Source: Candidatus Multivoradales bacterium
GTDB lineage: Bacteria > Acidobacteriota > Thermoanaerobaculia > Multivoradales > J023
NCBI GenBank assembly: GCA_965248925.1
Contig: CBDFLE010000006.1
Location: 4,096,001 to 4,160,000 of the forward strand
Direction of reading: 5' to 3'
DNA: 64,000 nucleotides
Part shown: positions 20,800-29,226 of the stretch, piece after piece
How the letters are laid out: every line of letters begins with the position of its first letter
How positions within the stretch are numbered: the stretch's first letter is position 1
Made by a program: the position numbers and the translations under genes
The notes under the pieces: generated by a model
The model's input: the letters and a program-made list of their open reading frames with translations, nothing else
Told to the model about the DNA's origin: nothing
The model's database searches: none

Positions 20800-21645
20800 T
20801 TAGCACACTCTCATTTCTTGCTTGCTCATCGCACCAGCAAACTCAGCCGGCGGTAGGTTCCCCAACGAGCTGTGGGGACGTACATGGTTGTAGTCTATTC
20901 GCCAGTGCTCGATCTTGCGGCGAGCGTCTACTAAGTTCGTGAACCAGTGCAGGTTGCGGCACTCATCTCGCAGGCGGCCATTGAAGCTCTCCACAATACA
21001 GTTTTCGATGGGCTTGCCGGGCCGAATAAACAACAAGGTGACGGCGTTCTGGTAGGCCCACTCATCCAAGGCTCTGCTAGTAAACTCCGGGCCGTTGTCC
21101 ACCACAATCCGGTGCGGGTATCCTCGACTCTCGGCAACGCGATCTAGTACTCGGGCCACACGATGACCCGACAGGGACGTATCGACCTCGATAGCTACAC
21201 ACTCTCTCGTTGCCTCGTCCACAACGTTGAGAGCTCGGAAGCAGCGTCCACCTGCCAAAGTGTCGCTGATGAAGTCCATCGACCACTGCTCATTGGCTTG
21301 CTCAGGAACGACTCGCGGCAAGCGGTTTGCCTGCGCTACTCGCTTGCGCTTCCGGCGCCGCACAGCGAGCCCCAGGGCCTTGTAGAGCCGATAGACGCGC
21401 TTATGGTTGATCTGCTTGCCTTCGCGTCGTAGCAGCACATGCAGGCGCCTGTAGCCAAAGCGTGGCCGCTCGCCAGCGAGCTCTAGGAGTCTTTCCACTA
21501 CCTGTTCTTCATCAGGATTCTCTTGGCGGTGATAGCGCACCATCGAGCGACAGGTAGTCGCCAGACGGCACGCTCGGCGCTCACTACAACTGCGGCGCTC
21601 CCGGATCCACTCGACTGCCTCACGCCGGGTCGCGGGCGTCACCAT
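20800..21645 (-). CDS. IS3 transposase OrfB (DDE integrase core)
   Basis: [51 protein letters not shown]. Confidence 0.93.
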   Translation of the reverse strand: MVTPATRREAVEWIRERRSCSERRACRLATTCRSMVRYHRQENPDEEQVVERLLELAGERPRFGYRRLHVLLRREGKQINHKRVYRLYKALGLAVRRRKRKRVAQANRLPRVVPEQANEQWSMDFISDTLAGGRCFRALNVVDEATRECVAIEVDTSLSGHRVARVLDRVAESRGYPHRIVVDNGPEFTSRALDEWAYQNAVTLLFIRPGKPIENCIVESFNGRLRDECRNLHWFTNLVDARRKIEHWRIDYNHVRPHSSLGNLPPAEFAGAMSKQEMRVC

Positions 21646-21905
21646 TTTCTCGACAGGGCTTCTTTGAGCACTTGCTTGTCCAGAGTTAACTCGGCAACAG
21701 CGACCTTTAGCCGCCGATTCTCCTGCTCTAGCTCTCGCAGTCGACGCGCCTCGCTGACCCCCATGCCACCGAACTTCGACTTCCACCGGTAGTAGGTTCC
21801 TTGGGACACGCCGTGTTCCCGGCATACGTCCTTCACTCGCTGCCCCGACTCCACTTGGTCGAGAACTCGGATGATCTGCTCTTCACTAAATCGGCTCTTG
21901 CGCAT
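21639..21905 (-). CDS. IS3 transposase OrfA (HTH and leucine zipper)
   Basis: [46 protein letters not shown]; ends AGAAAATGGTGA overlapping orfB in the -1 frame. Confidence 0.93.
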   Translation of the reverse strand: MRKSRFSEEQIIRVLDQVESGQRVKDVCREHGVSQGTYYRWKSKFGGMGVSEARRLRELEQENRRLKVAVAELTLDKQVLKEALSRKW

Positions 21906-23860
21906 CGGCTCCTCCTCATGCCCAGTCTCTCATTTTGACTGGACCAGAATTCGGGGAGCACCTCACGTCAACACCATCCCTCGAGACGGAACCTGTCTTA
22001 ATCCCACCAGACCTCTCAGGGCAATTCCGACTCGAAAGAGGTGTTCGAAAATGGCCAAGCAAAGCCAGAGTCTTCATCCCACCAGACCTCTCAGGGCAAT
22101 TCCGACGACTTTTTTTTGGGGACACGATTCTGGGTATTCTGTCCCGTCTTCATCCCACCAGACCTCTCAGGGCAATTCCGACAGTGACGAGTGGCGGATG
22201 GTATTTGATTTGTCCGCAACGTCTTCATCCCACCAGACCTCTCAGGGCAATTCCGACTGGCTGACATTCCCATTCCTGACAGGATGGTGATGGAGGGTCT
22301 TCATCCCACCAGACCTCTCAGGGCAATTCCGACGCACGGAAGCAGTGGCCCGTGAGGCACAAGCCTCGCTGTCTTAATCCCACCAGACCTCTCAGGGCAA
22401 TTCCGACCGGACGAGACGGTTTTCGTCGTCACCGAGATCCTGGCTACAGTCTTAATCCCACCAGACCTCTCAGGGCAATTCCGACCGTTCAATTCCAGCG
22501 GCGCGGTTGCAGGCGAGTTCCACCGTCTTAATCCCACCAGACCTCTCAGGGCAATTCCGACAAGGCCGAGTGCTGCCGATCAACGGTGACTCCACCAACG
22601 TGTCTTAATCCCACCAGACCTCTCAGGGCAATTCCGACCACCTCTTTCGGGATGGTGGGATGATCATCACTTCTTGGTTGTCTTAATCCCACCAGACCTC
22701 TCAGGGCAATTCCGACTTGAACGGGATAGCATATATTTCATCCATCTCAGGATCAGTCTTAATCCCACCAGACCTCTCAGGGCAATTCCGACATAACAAT
22801 TGAAGAGTGCAAGCTAAAGTTTAAGGAAGGTCTTAATCCCACCAGACCTCTCAGGGCAATTCCGACCGAGTATGCAACGGGGAACCTTGTTGGAATCAGT
22901 GATGAGGGTCTTAATCCCACCAGACCTCTCAGGGCAATTCCGACAAGGCCGAGTGCTGCCGATCAACGGTGACTCCACCAACGTGTCTTAATCCCACCAG
23001 ACCTCTCAGGGCAATTCCGACCACCTCTTTCGGGATGGTGGGATGATCATCACTTCTTGGTTGTCTTAATCCCACCAGACCTCTCAGGGCAATTCCGACT
23101 TGAACGGGATAGCATATATTTCATCCATCTCAGGATCAGTCTTAATCCCACCAGACCTCTCAGGGCAATTCCGACATAACAATTGAAGAGTGCAAGCTAA
23201 AGTTTAAGGAAGGTCTTAATCCCACCAGACCTCTCAGGGCAATTCCGACCGAGTATGCAACGGGGAACCTTGTTGGAATCAGTGATGAGGGTCTTAATCC
23301 CACCAGACCTCTCAGGGCAATTCCGACTCTATTTGGAGGCCCTCTATTTGGAGGCCCTCGAGAAAATCGTCTTAATCCCACCAGACCTCTCAGGGCAATT
23401 CCGACTGTTTTGGGGGGTTTTACGCAACTTGGCAGGATTGGAGAGTCTTAATCCCACCAGACCTCTCAGGGCAATTCCGACAGCGTAGACGCAGGAGGCG
23501 GCAAGTATGTGGGTGGCCCGTCTTAATCCCACCAGACCTCTCAGGGCAATTCCGACCTTCCTTATGTTCCAACAGTCGGTCGGGTCAGTCAACCGTCTTC
23601 ATCCCACCAGACCTCTCAGGGCAATTCCGACGCACGGAAGCAGTGGCCCGTGAGGCACAAGCCTCGCTGTCTTAATCCCACCAGACCTCTCAGGGCAATT
23701 CCGACTTTCGATACTTAAATTCAGCGCCAAACTGGCATTTAAGCGTCTTAATCCCACCAGACCTCTCAGGGCAATTCCGACGTAAAGGTTCTCCTCGATC
23801 CTACTCCACTTACGTCTTTGTGTGTCTTAATCCCACCAGACCTCTCAGGGCAATTCCGAC

Positions 23861-24058
23861 CCCTGCCTCTGTAAGTGGCTCATTCTATTGAGTTTAAGTG
23901 TCTCGTTTCTGTACCCTCTATTTTCTGTTAGCAAAACCATTCGAAAAGTTACCCGTAAGTGCCTCTGCTCAAGAGGCTATCCCACTGAATCAAAGCCACT
24001 TACAGGTATTTGTGTATCCTCCGGTCAAAACTGGCTTGAGAGCCTGGTATGCTCTTTG
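23861..24058 (-). promoter_or_regulatory. CRISPR leader
   Basis: AT-rich non-coding stretch adjacent to the last canonical repeat; contains a 12-bp inverted pair CTGTAAGTGGCT/AGCCACTTACAG. Confidence 0.75.
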
Positions 24059-24406
24059 CTAGTTAGCACCTTCCAGCTTCTGGCGCAGCCTGAAATCACG
24101 CCGTAAGGCTTGATCATCAGCCTGCGTGGCCGAATAGAGGGTTTGGATCGCTTCATTCAGCGACTCCTGCCGCACCCCGCCGATGATGGCGTAGAGGTGC
24201 ATACCCAGATCATGCGGCAGCTGGTCCTCGCCCATTTGTTGGCTATCCACGGGGATAGGCAGCATTCGACTGAGCTGGAACAGATGCTGATCGCAGCGCT
24301 GTAGCGAGATGACCAACTCGAGCAACTTGCTCTGCGCTTTGGCCAAGTCCAGCGGGCCATTTTGCCCCTGGAGGTTGATTGAGGTAGAGTAGTCGGAATC
24401 CGACAT
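24059..24406 (-). CDS. Small helical hypothetical protein (115 aa)
   Basis: GGGAGG RBS before ATG at 24406 (MSDSDYSTS...); amphipathic helical composition. Confidence 0.65.
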   Translation of the reverse strand: MSDSDYSTSINLQGQNGPLDLAKAQSKLLELVISLQRCDQHLFQLSRMLPIPVDSQQMGEDQLPHDLGMHLYAIIGGVRQESLNEAIQTLYSATQADDQALRRDFRLRQKLEGAN

Positions 24407-24587
24407 AGGGCTTCCTCCCTGTGTGGGATGGCTCGGTGAGTATTCGAAGTATTCACCGGGCCGTTTGGTGAAAGGTCTGGTGGGACCTACTTTCATCTGT
24501 TGATCAATCATGAGTCGATCGACGAAAGCGACTTCATATCTAGTTGGAGTATATGAGATGTCGGTCATTCTTGTCAAGCCATTCCGG

Positions 24588-25577
24588 TCAAGTACCCATG
24601 CGAAAGCCATTGTATTCGACTCCCTCTAGAGCCTCTCTGTAGCGCTCTACTTGGCGACGAAAGAGCTCACGGTAGCAGAGCCGAGCACCGCCGACGGAAA
24701 CCTCACCTTCGAGTGCCTTCTCCCAAGCCGGGAAGAATCTTTTTTGACCCAAACGGGTCAGCCGAACACCTTTGTTGGGATGTTTTCGAAAATGCTCAAG
24801 CCGCAGGATCTTTGTTCTGACCAGGCGGAGCACGAAACGATCGACCAATGGGGCTCGAAACTCCTCGAGTAGATCCAAGGCCAAGGACGGCCGCCCGTAT
24901 TGAGTTTGATGCAGCACCCCCAGGTAGGGATCAAATCCCATGCCGTCCAGCAACGCCTGCAGCTCCACGCCGGCCAAGACATAGGCGAATGAGAGTAGCG
25001 CGTTGACCGGGTCCGGGGGAGGGCGGCGTTTGCGGCCTGGGAACTCGAACGGCGCCGGGATGAGCTTGGCCAGCAGAGAGAAGTGGCGGCGGGCAGCGGC
25101 TCCCTCGGTGCCCAGCAAAGACCCCATCGAACCCGCTTCGAGAGCCTGAGCGGCGGCTGATTTCAGCTCGCGAATCTCGCTCAGCGGGACTTCCTTGGGA
25201 TGGTTGCCGCGAAACCGCTGCCACACAGCCGCCGCTCCGCGGATCTTGTTGCTGACCAGACGACGGCTCAGATCGAGGCAGAAGTCAGGATCGACCGATC
25301 TTTCGTACTGCCGCAGACGAAGATGGACATTCTTGGTCTCTGGCGGTGTTAGCTGGCCGCGGAGGCGGCCGTTGCGCGATAGCAAGGCTAGCTCAATGCC
25401 GTGGTCCAGCATCTCTACCGCCGCCTGCGTGGTAAACTGAACGTTGCCGAATAGCATTACTGTGGTCAGCTTCCTGCACGGCACTTCGAGCAAGATGCGG
25501 TCGTCCTTTTCTACATAAAGACGGTCACTGGTTTTGCGGACGATCGCTTGCTGTTCGGTGATGTAGAGGGTTGTCAT
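24588..25577 (-). CDS. cas1: CRISPR-associated endonuclease Cas1
   Basis: MTTLYITEQ, LLGTEGAAA, RRPPPDPVNALLSFAY, GFDPYLGVLH, SLALDLLEEFR. Confidence 0.97.
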   Translation of the reverse strand: MTTLYITEQQAIVRKTSDRLYVEKDDRILLEVPCRKLTTVMLFGNVQFTTQAAVEMLDHGIELALLSRNGRLRGQLTPPETKNVHLRLRQYERSVDPDFCLDLSRRLVSNKIRGAAAVWQRFRGNHPKEVPLSEIRELKSAAAQALEAGSMGSLLGTEGAAARRHFSLLAKLIPAPFEFPGRKRRPPPDPVNALLSFAYVLAGVELQALLDGMGFDPYLGVLHQTQYGRPSLALDLLEEFRAPLVDRFVLRLVRTKILRLEHFRKHPNKGVRLTRLGQKRFFPAWEKALEGEVSVGGARLCYRELFRRQVERYREALEGVEYNGFRMGT

Positions 25578-26533
25578 ATCGAACTCTCCTTGCTGGCGAC
25601 CGAGCGCAGCTCGATATAGCGTCGTAGCCCAAGAGCCTGGGGCAGCGACGGCCGGCGCCGCTCTCGCTTCGCAGTGTCGAATGGGCGATAGATGGCATCG
25701 CCCACGAAGAGGGCGCCGAGAAAGCGAAAGCCACGCTCGAAGTTAGTCACCGAGGTCTTGGTGGGTTCGAGCAGCAGCTCCAGCTCGGCCAGCAACTCAT
25801 CGGCTACTCCCAGGGCGGTTTCGGCAGCAGGCTCGTCGCGGCAGAGGAGAATGAAGTCGTCGCCGTAGCGAACCGCCTGTTGACCGCGTCGCATCAGCTC
25901 CTCGTCGAACCGGTCGAGAAAGAGGTTGGACAGCATCGGTGAGACCACAGACCCCTGCGGTAGGCCCGCTTTGAGCTGCCAGATCGAAGTCCCATCGTAG
26001 ACTTCGGCGCAGACCCACAGCTCGATCAGAGTTTCTAAGTAAGGGTGAAGAGAGAGTTCCTTGACCCGACCCATCAATAGCCGATGGTCTACGCTGTCGA
26101 AAAAGTCGTCGATATCGGCGTCGACCACCCAGCGGAAACCGCGATCACGAAGATCTCTGACTCGCAACACCGCGTCTCTGACCGAGCGCCCGGTTCGATA
26201 GGCGAAGCTGCTGTCCTCGAAGCTAGCTTCGAAGCGTTCGCGACAGAGGAGATAGACGGCGCTCTGGGCGACCCGGTCGCGCACCGTCGGCACGCTCAAC
26301 CAGCGCTGACCGCCGTTCGGCTTGCCGACCGCAAAGCGCATCAGCGGCAGAGGGCAATAGACCCGGCGCGCCAGTGAGTTGGCGAGATCGTCGAGTTCGT
26401 AGTCCAAGCGGGCTCTGAAGCCGCCAAGATCCTGCCCATCGCAGCCGCGGCAGCCGCCGTTCTTGGCCACCCGCTCGAAGGCTCGGTGAAGCAGGCCGCA
26501 GGACGTCAGCTCTGCCATCAGTTCGTCGTTCAC
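25574..26533 (-). CDS. CRISPR-associated stand-alone reverse transcriptase (group II intron-like RT domain)
   Basis: KPNGGQRWLSVPTVRDRVAQ, SFAYRTGRS, DADIDDFFD, GLPQGSVVSPMLSNLFL, RYGDDF, GFRFLG; no maturase or endonuclease tail; sits between cas2 and cas1. Confidence 0.93.
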   Translation of the reverse strand: MNDELMAELTSCGLLHRAFERVAKNGGCRGCDGQDLGGFRARLDYELDDLANSLARRVYCPLPLMRFAVGKPNGGQRWLSVPTVRDRVAQSAVYLLCRERFEASFEDSSFAYRTGRSVRDAVLRVRDLRDRGFRWVVDADIDDFFDSVDHRLLMGRVKELSLHPYLETLIELWVCAEVYDGTSIWQLKAGLPQGSVVSPMLSNLFLDRFDEELMRRGQQAVRYGDDFILLCRDEPAAETALGVADELLAELELLLEPTKTSVTNFERGFRFLGALFVGDAIYRPFDTAKRERRRPSLPQALGLRRYIELRSVASKESSI

Positions 26534-26805
26534 AGGACGTAGACCTCCGGGTCATGGGTTAGCTCGCCGACCCCGAGAATCCGTACTCGCGGATGGCATT
26601 GCCCGCATAGCAGGTAGAGCCGCAAGCTGTCGACTTCTGGGTCGATCTCACGGGCTGTCGCGGCCTCCAGCTCCGCGATGCCCGTCGGCTCCAACCAGCA
26701 CTCGAAGACCGACAGCTGGACCCGCCGGCCGAAATCCTCGAGCCGGTGCGCCAGCCGGGTGCGGCGGCGGTCGTCTGAGATGTCATAAGAAATCAGCACT
26801 AGCAT
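26530..26805 (-). CDS. cas2: CRISPR-associated endonuclease Cas2
   Basis: MLVLISYDISDDRRR, RVQLSVFEC, DSLRLYLLC; start reassigned to ATG 26805 with GGAG RBS. Confidence 0.95.
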   Translation of the reverse strand: MLVLISYDISDDRRRTRLAHRLEDFGRRVQLSVFECWLEPTGIAELEAATAREIDPEVDSLRLYLLCGQCHPRVRILGVGELTHDPEVYVL

Positions 26806-26968
26806 CAAGGGCTCCAGCAGCCGGCGAAGTTCCAAATCGGCCGGCTCTGATTGGGTAGACCCCATCTCTCGGCCCGAGGGTGGAGAAGAATTCCGAAATA
26901 ATCTGCCGGATTCGACGCCCTGCTCCAACTTTGGTTCCGGCTTCGCTTATTTGGTCCATAATCTGTGC

Positions 26969-28969
26969 ATGGACTACCAAAATCTGTGGATCAACTTGCA
27001 GTCGCGGGGAGAGGAAGAGATCGTTGTCGAGCATATGGTGAAGCACCCGAGCGGGGACCGGCCGCTGCGGCTCGCGTTTGCCGTGGGTGATATTCAGCGC
27101 CGCCTCGCCGAGCTCGAGAAGTTGATCATCACCTGCGCGTCACAGAACCCTGATCCGAAGGTGGCCCTTGATACCGCGGAGGCCACCAAGCTGGCTAGCG
27201 CGAAAGCCAAGCTCGCTGAGTTGCAGGAAGAGCTGGGTTGCAGCTTGTATGAGGCGATCTTCTACGAACACCATGCGGGGATCGTCGCCGACCTCTGGCA
27301 CAAGCACAAGAGCCTCCGCCTGCGGCTGACCATCGATCCCAGCGATAGCAGGGTCGCGCCGCTACTCAGCTTGCCGTGGGAGCTGATGCGAGCAAGGGAG
27401 CAAGGCGATGCCTATGCTCGACTCCGTCAGACTCCCATGGTGAGGTACGGGATAGTTCCCCGCCAAGTTGTCGAGAGTCTTGCCGGGGAGGTCGGGGAGC
27501 TGCCCGAGTCTCCCGAGCTACGGGTCCTCTTTGCCGCTGCTTCTCCCGACCAGCCCGAGCGGGCGATCGACATCGACGGTTTCCGAGAGTGGCTGGAGCA
27601 AGGTATGGCGAGCGCTCAGAAGCTCGCGCCCAAGGTGCTTTCGCAGACCACAATCCAGTCTCTGGATGCGGCGTTGCGGGACTCAGAACCTCACATCTTG
27701 GTGTTGCTCAGTCACGGAGTGTTCGATCCGCAAGACGGCATCGGCTATTTGGGTCTAAAGGATCAGGATCAGGATATGGCCTCTGTGACCGACTCCGCAT
27801 TTGCCGAGATTCTCAAGGGCAAGGCCTCCCTGCGTCTGGTAGTTCTGGCGACCTGCTCCGGTGGGGCCTTGCGTCGGCGGGGTGATCAGCATCCCTATGC
27901 CAATGTTGCGGCGGCATTGTTGCTAGCCGGAATGCCCGCGGTCATTGCGATGCAGCACCCGATATCTGAGGAGGCGGTGCGGACGTTCTGCCGCGCCATG
28001 TTCGCCGATCTGGCCAAGAACTTGCCGGTAGAGGCCGCTGTTGCGGCGGGCCGCATGGCGATCTACCAGCACCCGACACACAGCCTGGAGTGGGCCACGC
28101 CGGTTCTGTTTAGCCGCGCGGACGATGGCCGGTTGGTCGCCTTGCCGGAAGAGCCGGAAGAGCAGGAACTCGGATTGGACTACGGGCAGCGGTTGCCGCT
28201 GCGGGCCGCTATTCGCAGCATCGGCCGCGGCTGGGGAGTCGAAATCGAGCAGCAGGGGCTGGCGGACCGATGGCTCAAGCTTGAAGATCACTTCCGGCCC
28301 GATCGTTTTAGGGTTCTCAAGAACCCGGATGCCTGGAATACGGTGCTATTTCCCGCGGTTGCCGACTTTCTCGAACAGGTGAGGTCAGAAGGCCGGCCCG
28401 TAGAGCTTATCTTGCCCTGTTGCGGCAGCCTCGCGTTCGCTGCCGGCTATTCAATGGAAAGATGCAACGTGCCGGTATCGGTGGTTCAGCGGGCCCGCTC
28501 CAAACGCTTCTTTCTCTGGCCCGATCGGGGACCAGAGGATGGCAAGGGTTGCGAAGGTCCGGATTGGCGGGTCGAAGAGCGGGAACTCGGCGAGCAGGGA
28601 GGCCTCGCTGTGGCACTGAGCGTGTCGACGCCAATCCACAAACATCTGAATAGCTTTATTGACCACCAACGCTTCCCAGCAGTCCGCCGGGTAGTTTGGT
28701 TCGAGCCCGAGGGCGGAGCCCACCCAACGGCGATCTTCGGGGCGGCACATGCGCGCAGACTAGTTCAGGACTTGATGCTCTGGCTGCTCAAGAACGTGAC
28801 GGTCGAAGAAGAGAAGGCGGGCCTGCACATCTTCTTTGCGGCCCCCAACAGCCTGATGTTCTATCTCGGCCAGCAGGCGGCGAGCCTGTCCCGAGTACAG
28901 ATCTGGGAACTACCATTCGGCATGGGTAGACCCGGAGAGTATGATCCGGCGATCCGGCTGCCCCTCTGA
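26969..28969 (+). CDS. CHAT-SAVED fusion: putative cyclic-oligonucleotide-activated caspase-like protease
   Basis: CHAT: LPWELM, LRVLFAAASP, LSHGVFD (His), LVVLATCSG (Cys), AVIAMQ, EWATPVLF; SAVED: SLAFAAGY, LAVALSVS, LHIFFAAPNSLMFYLGQ, YDPAIRL. Confidence 0.88.
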   Translation: MDYQNLWINLQSRGEEEIVVEHMVKHPSGDRPLRLAFAVGDIQRRLAELEKLIITCASQNPDPKVALDTAEATKLASAKAKLAELQEELGCSLYEAIFYEHHAGIVADLWHKHKSLRLRLTIDPSDSRVAPLLSLPWELMRAREQGDAYARLRQTPMVRYGIVPRQVVESLAGEVGELPESPELRVLFAAASPDQPERAIDIDGFREWLEQGMASAQKLAPKVLSQTTIQSLDAALRDSEPHILVLLSHGVFDPQDGIGYLGLKDQDQDMASVTDSAFAEILKGKASLRLVVLATCSGGALRRRGDQHPYANVAAALLLAGMPAVIAMQHPISEEAVRTFCRAMFADLAKNLPVEAAVAAGRMAIYQHPTHSLEWATPVLFSRADDGRLVALPEEPEEQELGLDYGQRLPLRAAIRSIGRGWGVEIEQQGLADRWLKLEDHFRPDRFRVLKNPDAWNTVLFPAVADFLEQVRSEGRPVELILPCCGSLAFAAGYSMERCNVPVSVVQRARSKRFFLWPDRGPEDGKGCEGPDWRVEERELGEQGGLAVALSVSTPIHKHLNSFIDHQRFPAVRRVVWFEPEGGAHPTAIFGAAHARRLVQDLMLWLLKNVTVEEEKAGLHIFFAAPNSLMFYLGQQAASLSRVQIWELPFGMGRPGEYDPAIRLPL

Positions 28970-29014
28970 GGCTGAGTCGCAAGAGAAGGGGCAGCCGGGC
29001 TCTGCTCAATCGGC

Positions 29015-29176
29015 CTACGGCGTGTCATCCGCCGGCTGCTTGGTTTTCTCTTCTGCCGGCTGTGCGTCGTGGTCCTGTGACATTTTGCCGGTCGCCTTGC
29101 TCTTCTTGCCAGGTACATCCATGCCGAGAATCCAAGCTCCCTTCTGGCTCATTGTTTGTTCTGGGTCATCGCACAT
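29015..29176 (-). CDS. 53-aa small ORF at the end of the cmr operon
   Basis: AGGAG RBS 7 nt before ATG; MCDDPEQTMSQKGAWILGMDVPGKKSKATGKMSQDHDAQPAEEKTKQPADDTP; shorter than the ORFs listed in the track. Confidence 0.55.
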   Translation of the reverse strand: MCDDPEQTMSQKGAWILGMDVPGKKSKATGKMSQDHDAQPAEEKTKQPADDTP

Positions 29177-29226
29177 CGCGAACTCCTACGGTTTGTTGTC
29201 AGTGGTTACGTCTCCATGCTGCGCTA

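Larger units (their letters stand above)
20760..21965 (-). mobile_element. IS3-family (IS407-like group) insertion sequence, 1206 bp
   Basis: Terminal inverted repeats starting TGAGGTGCTCCCC (13 bp perfect, similarity extends to AATGAGAG); 4-bp target duplication CGTC at 20756-20759 and 21966-21969; orfA/orfB overlap. Confidence 0.96.
20630..23860 (-). CRISPR. CRISPR array: 27 repeats of 37 bp, 26 spacers of 37-42 nt (20 distinct), interrupted by an IS element
   Basis: Repeat GTCTTAATCCCACCAGACCTCTCAGGGCAATTCCGAC on + (crRNA sense GTCGGAATTGCCCTGAGAGGTCTGGTGGGATTAAGAC, ending in a type III-like ATTAAGAC tag); AT-rich leader at the right end, degenerate repeat at the left end. Confidence 0.98.

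Noticed and set aside
22562-22601. Possible self-targeting of the Rhs gene (CCGATCAA.GG near 61981)
   Set aside because: Only about 10 matching bases; I found no convincing protospacer for any spacer in this window by eye
21871-23592. ORFs with repeating RNCPERSGG / VGIALRGLVG / LIPPDLSGQFR peptides
   Set aside because: Translations of the CRISPR repeats, not genes
25574-26533. RT as a group II intron, retron or DGR enzyme
   Set aside because: No maturase domain or room for intron RNA (both ends overlap cas genes); PQG motif rather than the DGR-type GNxxSQ; no avd or template repeat; no retron VTG motif
26806-26928. N-terminal extension of Cas2 in the ORF track
   Set aside because: Better RBS and family start at ATG 26805; the extension is the divergent promoter region
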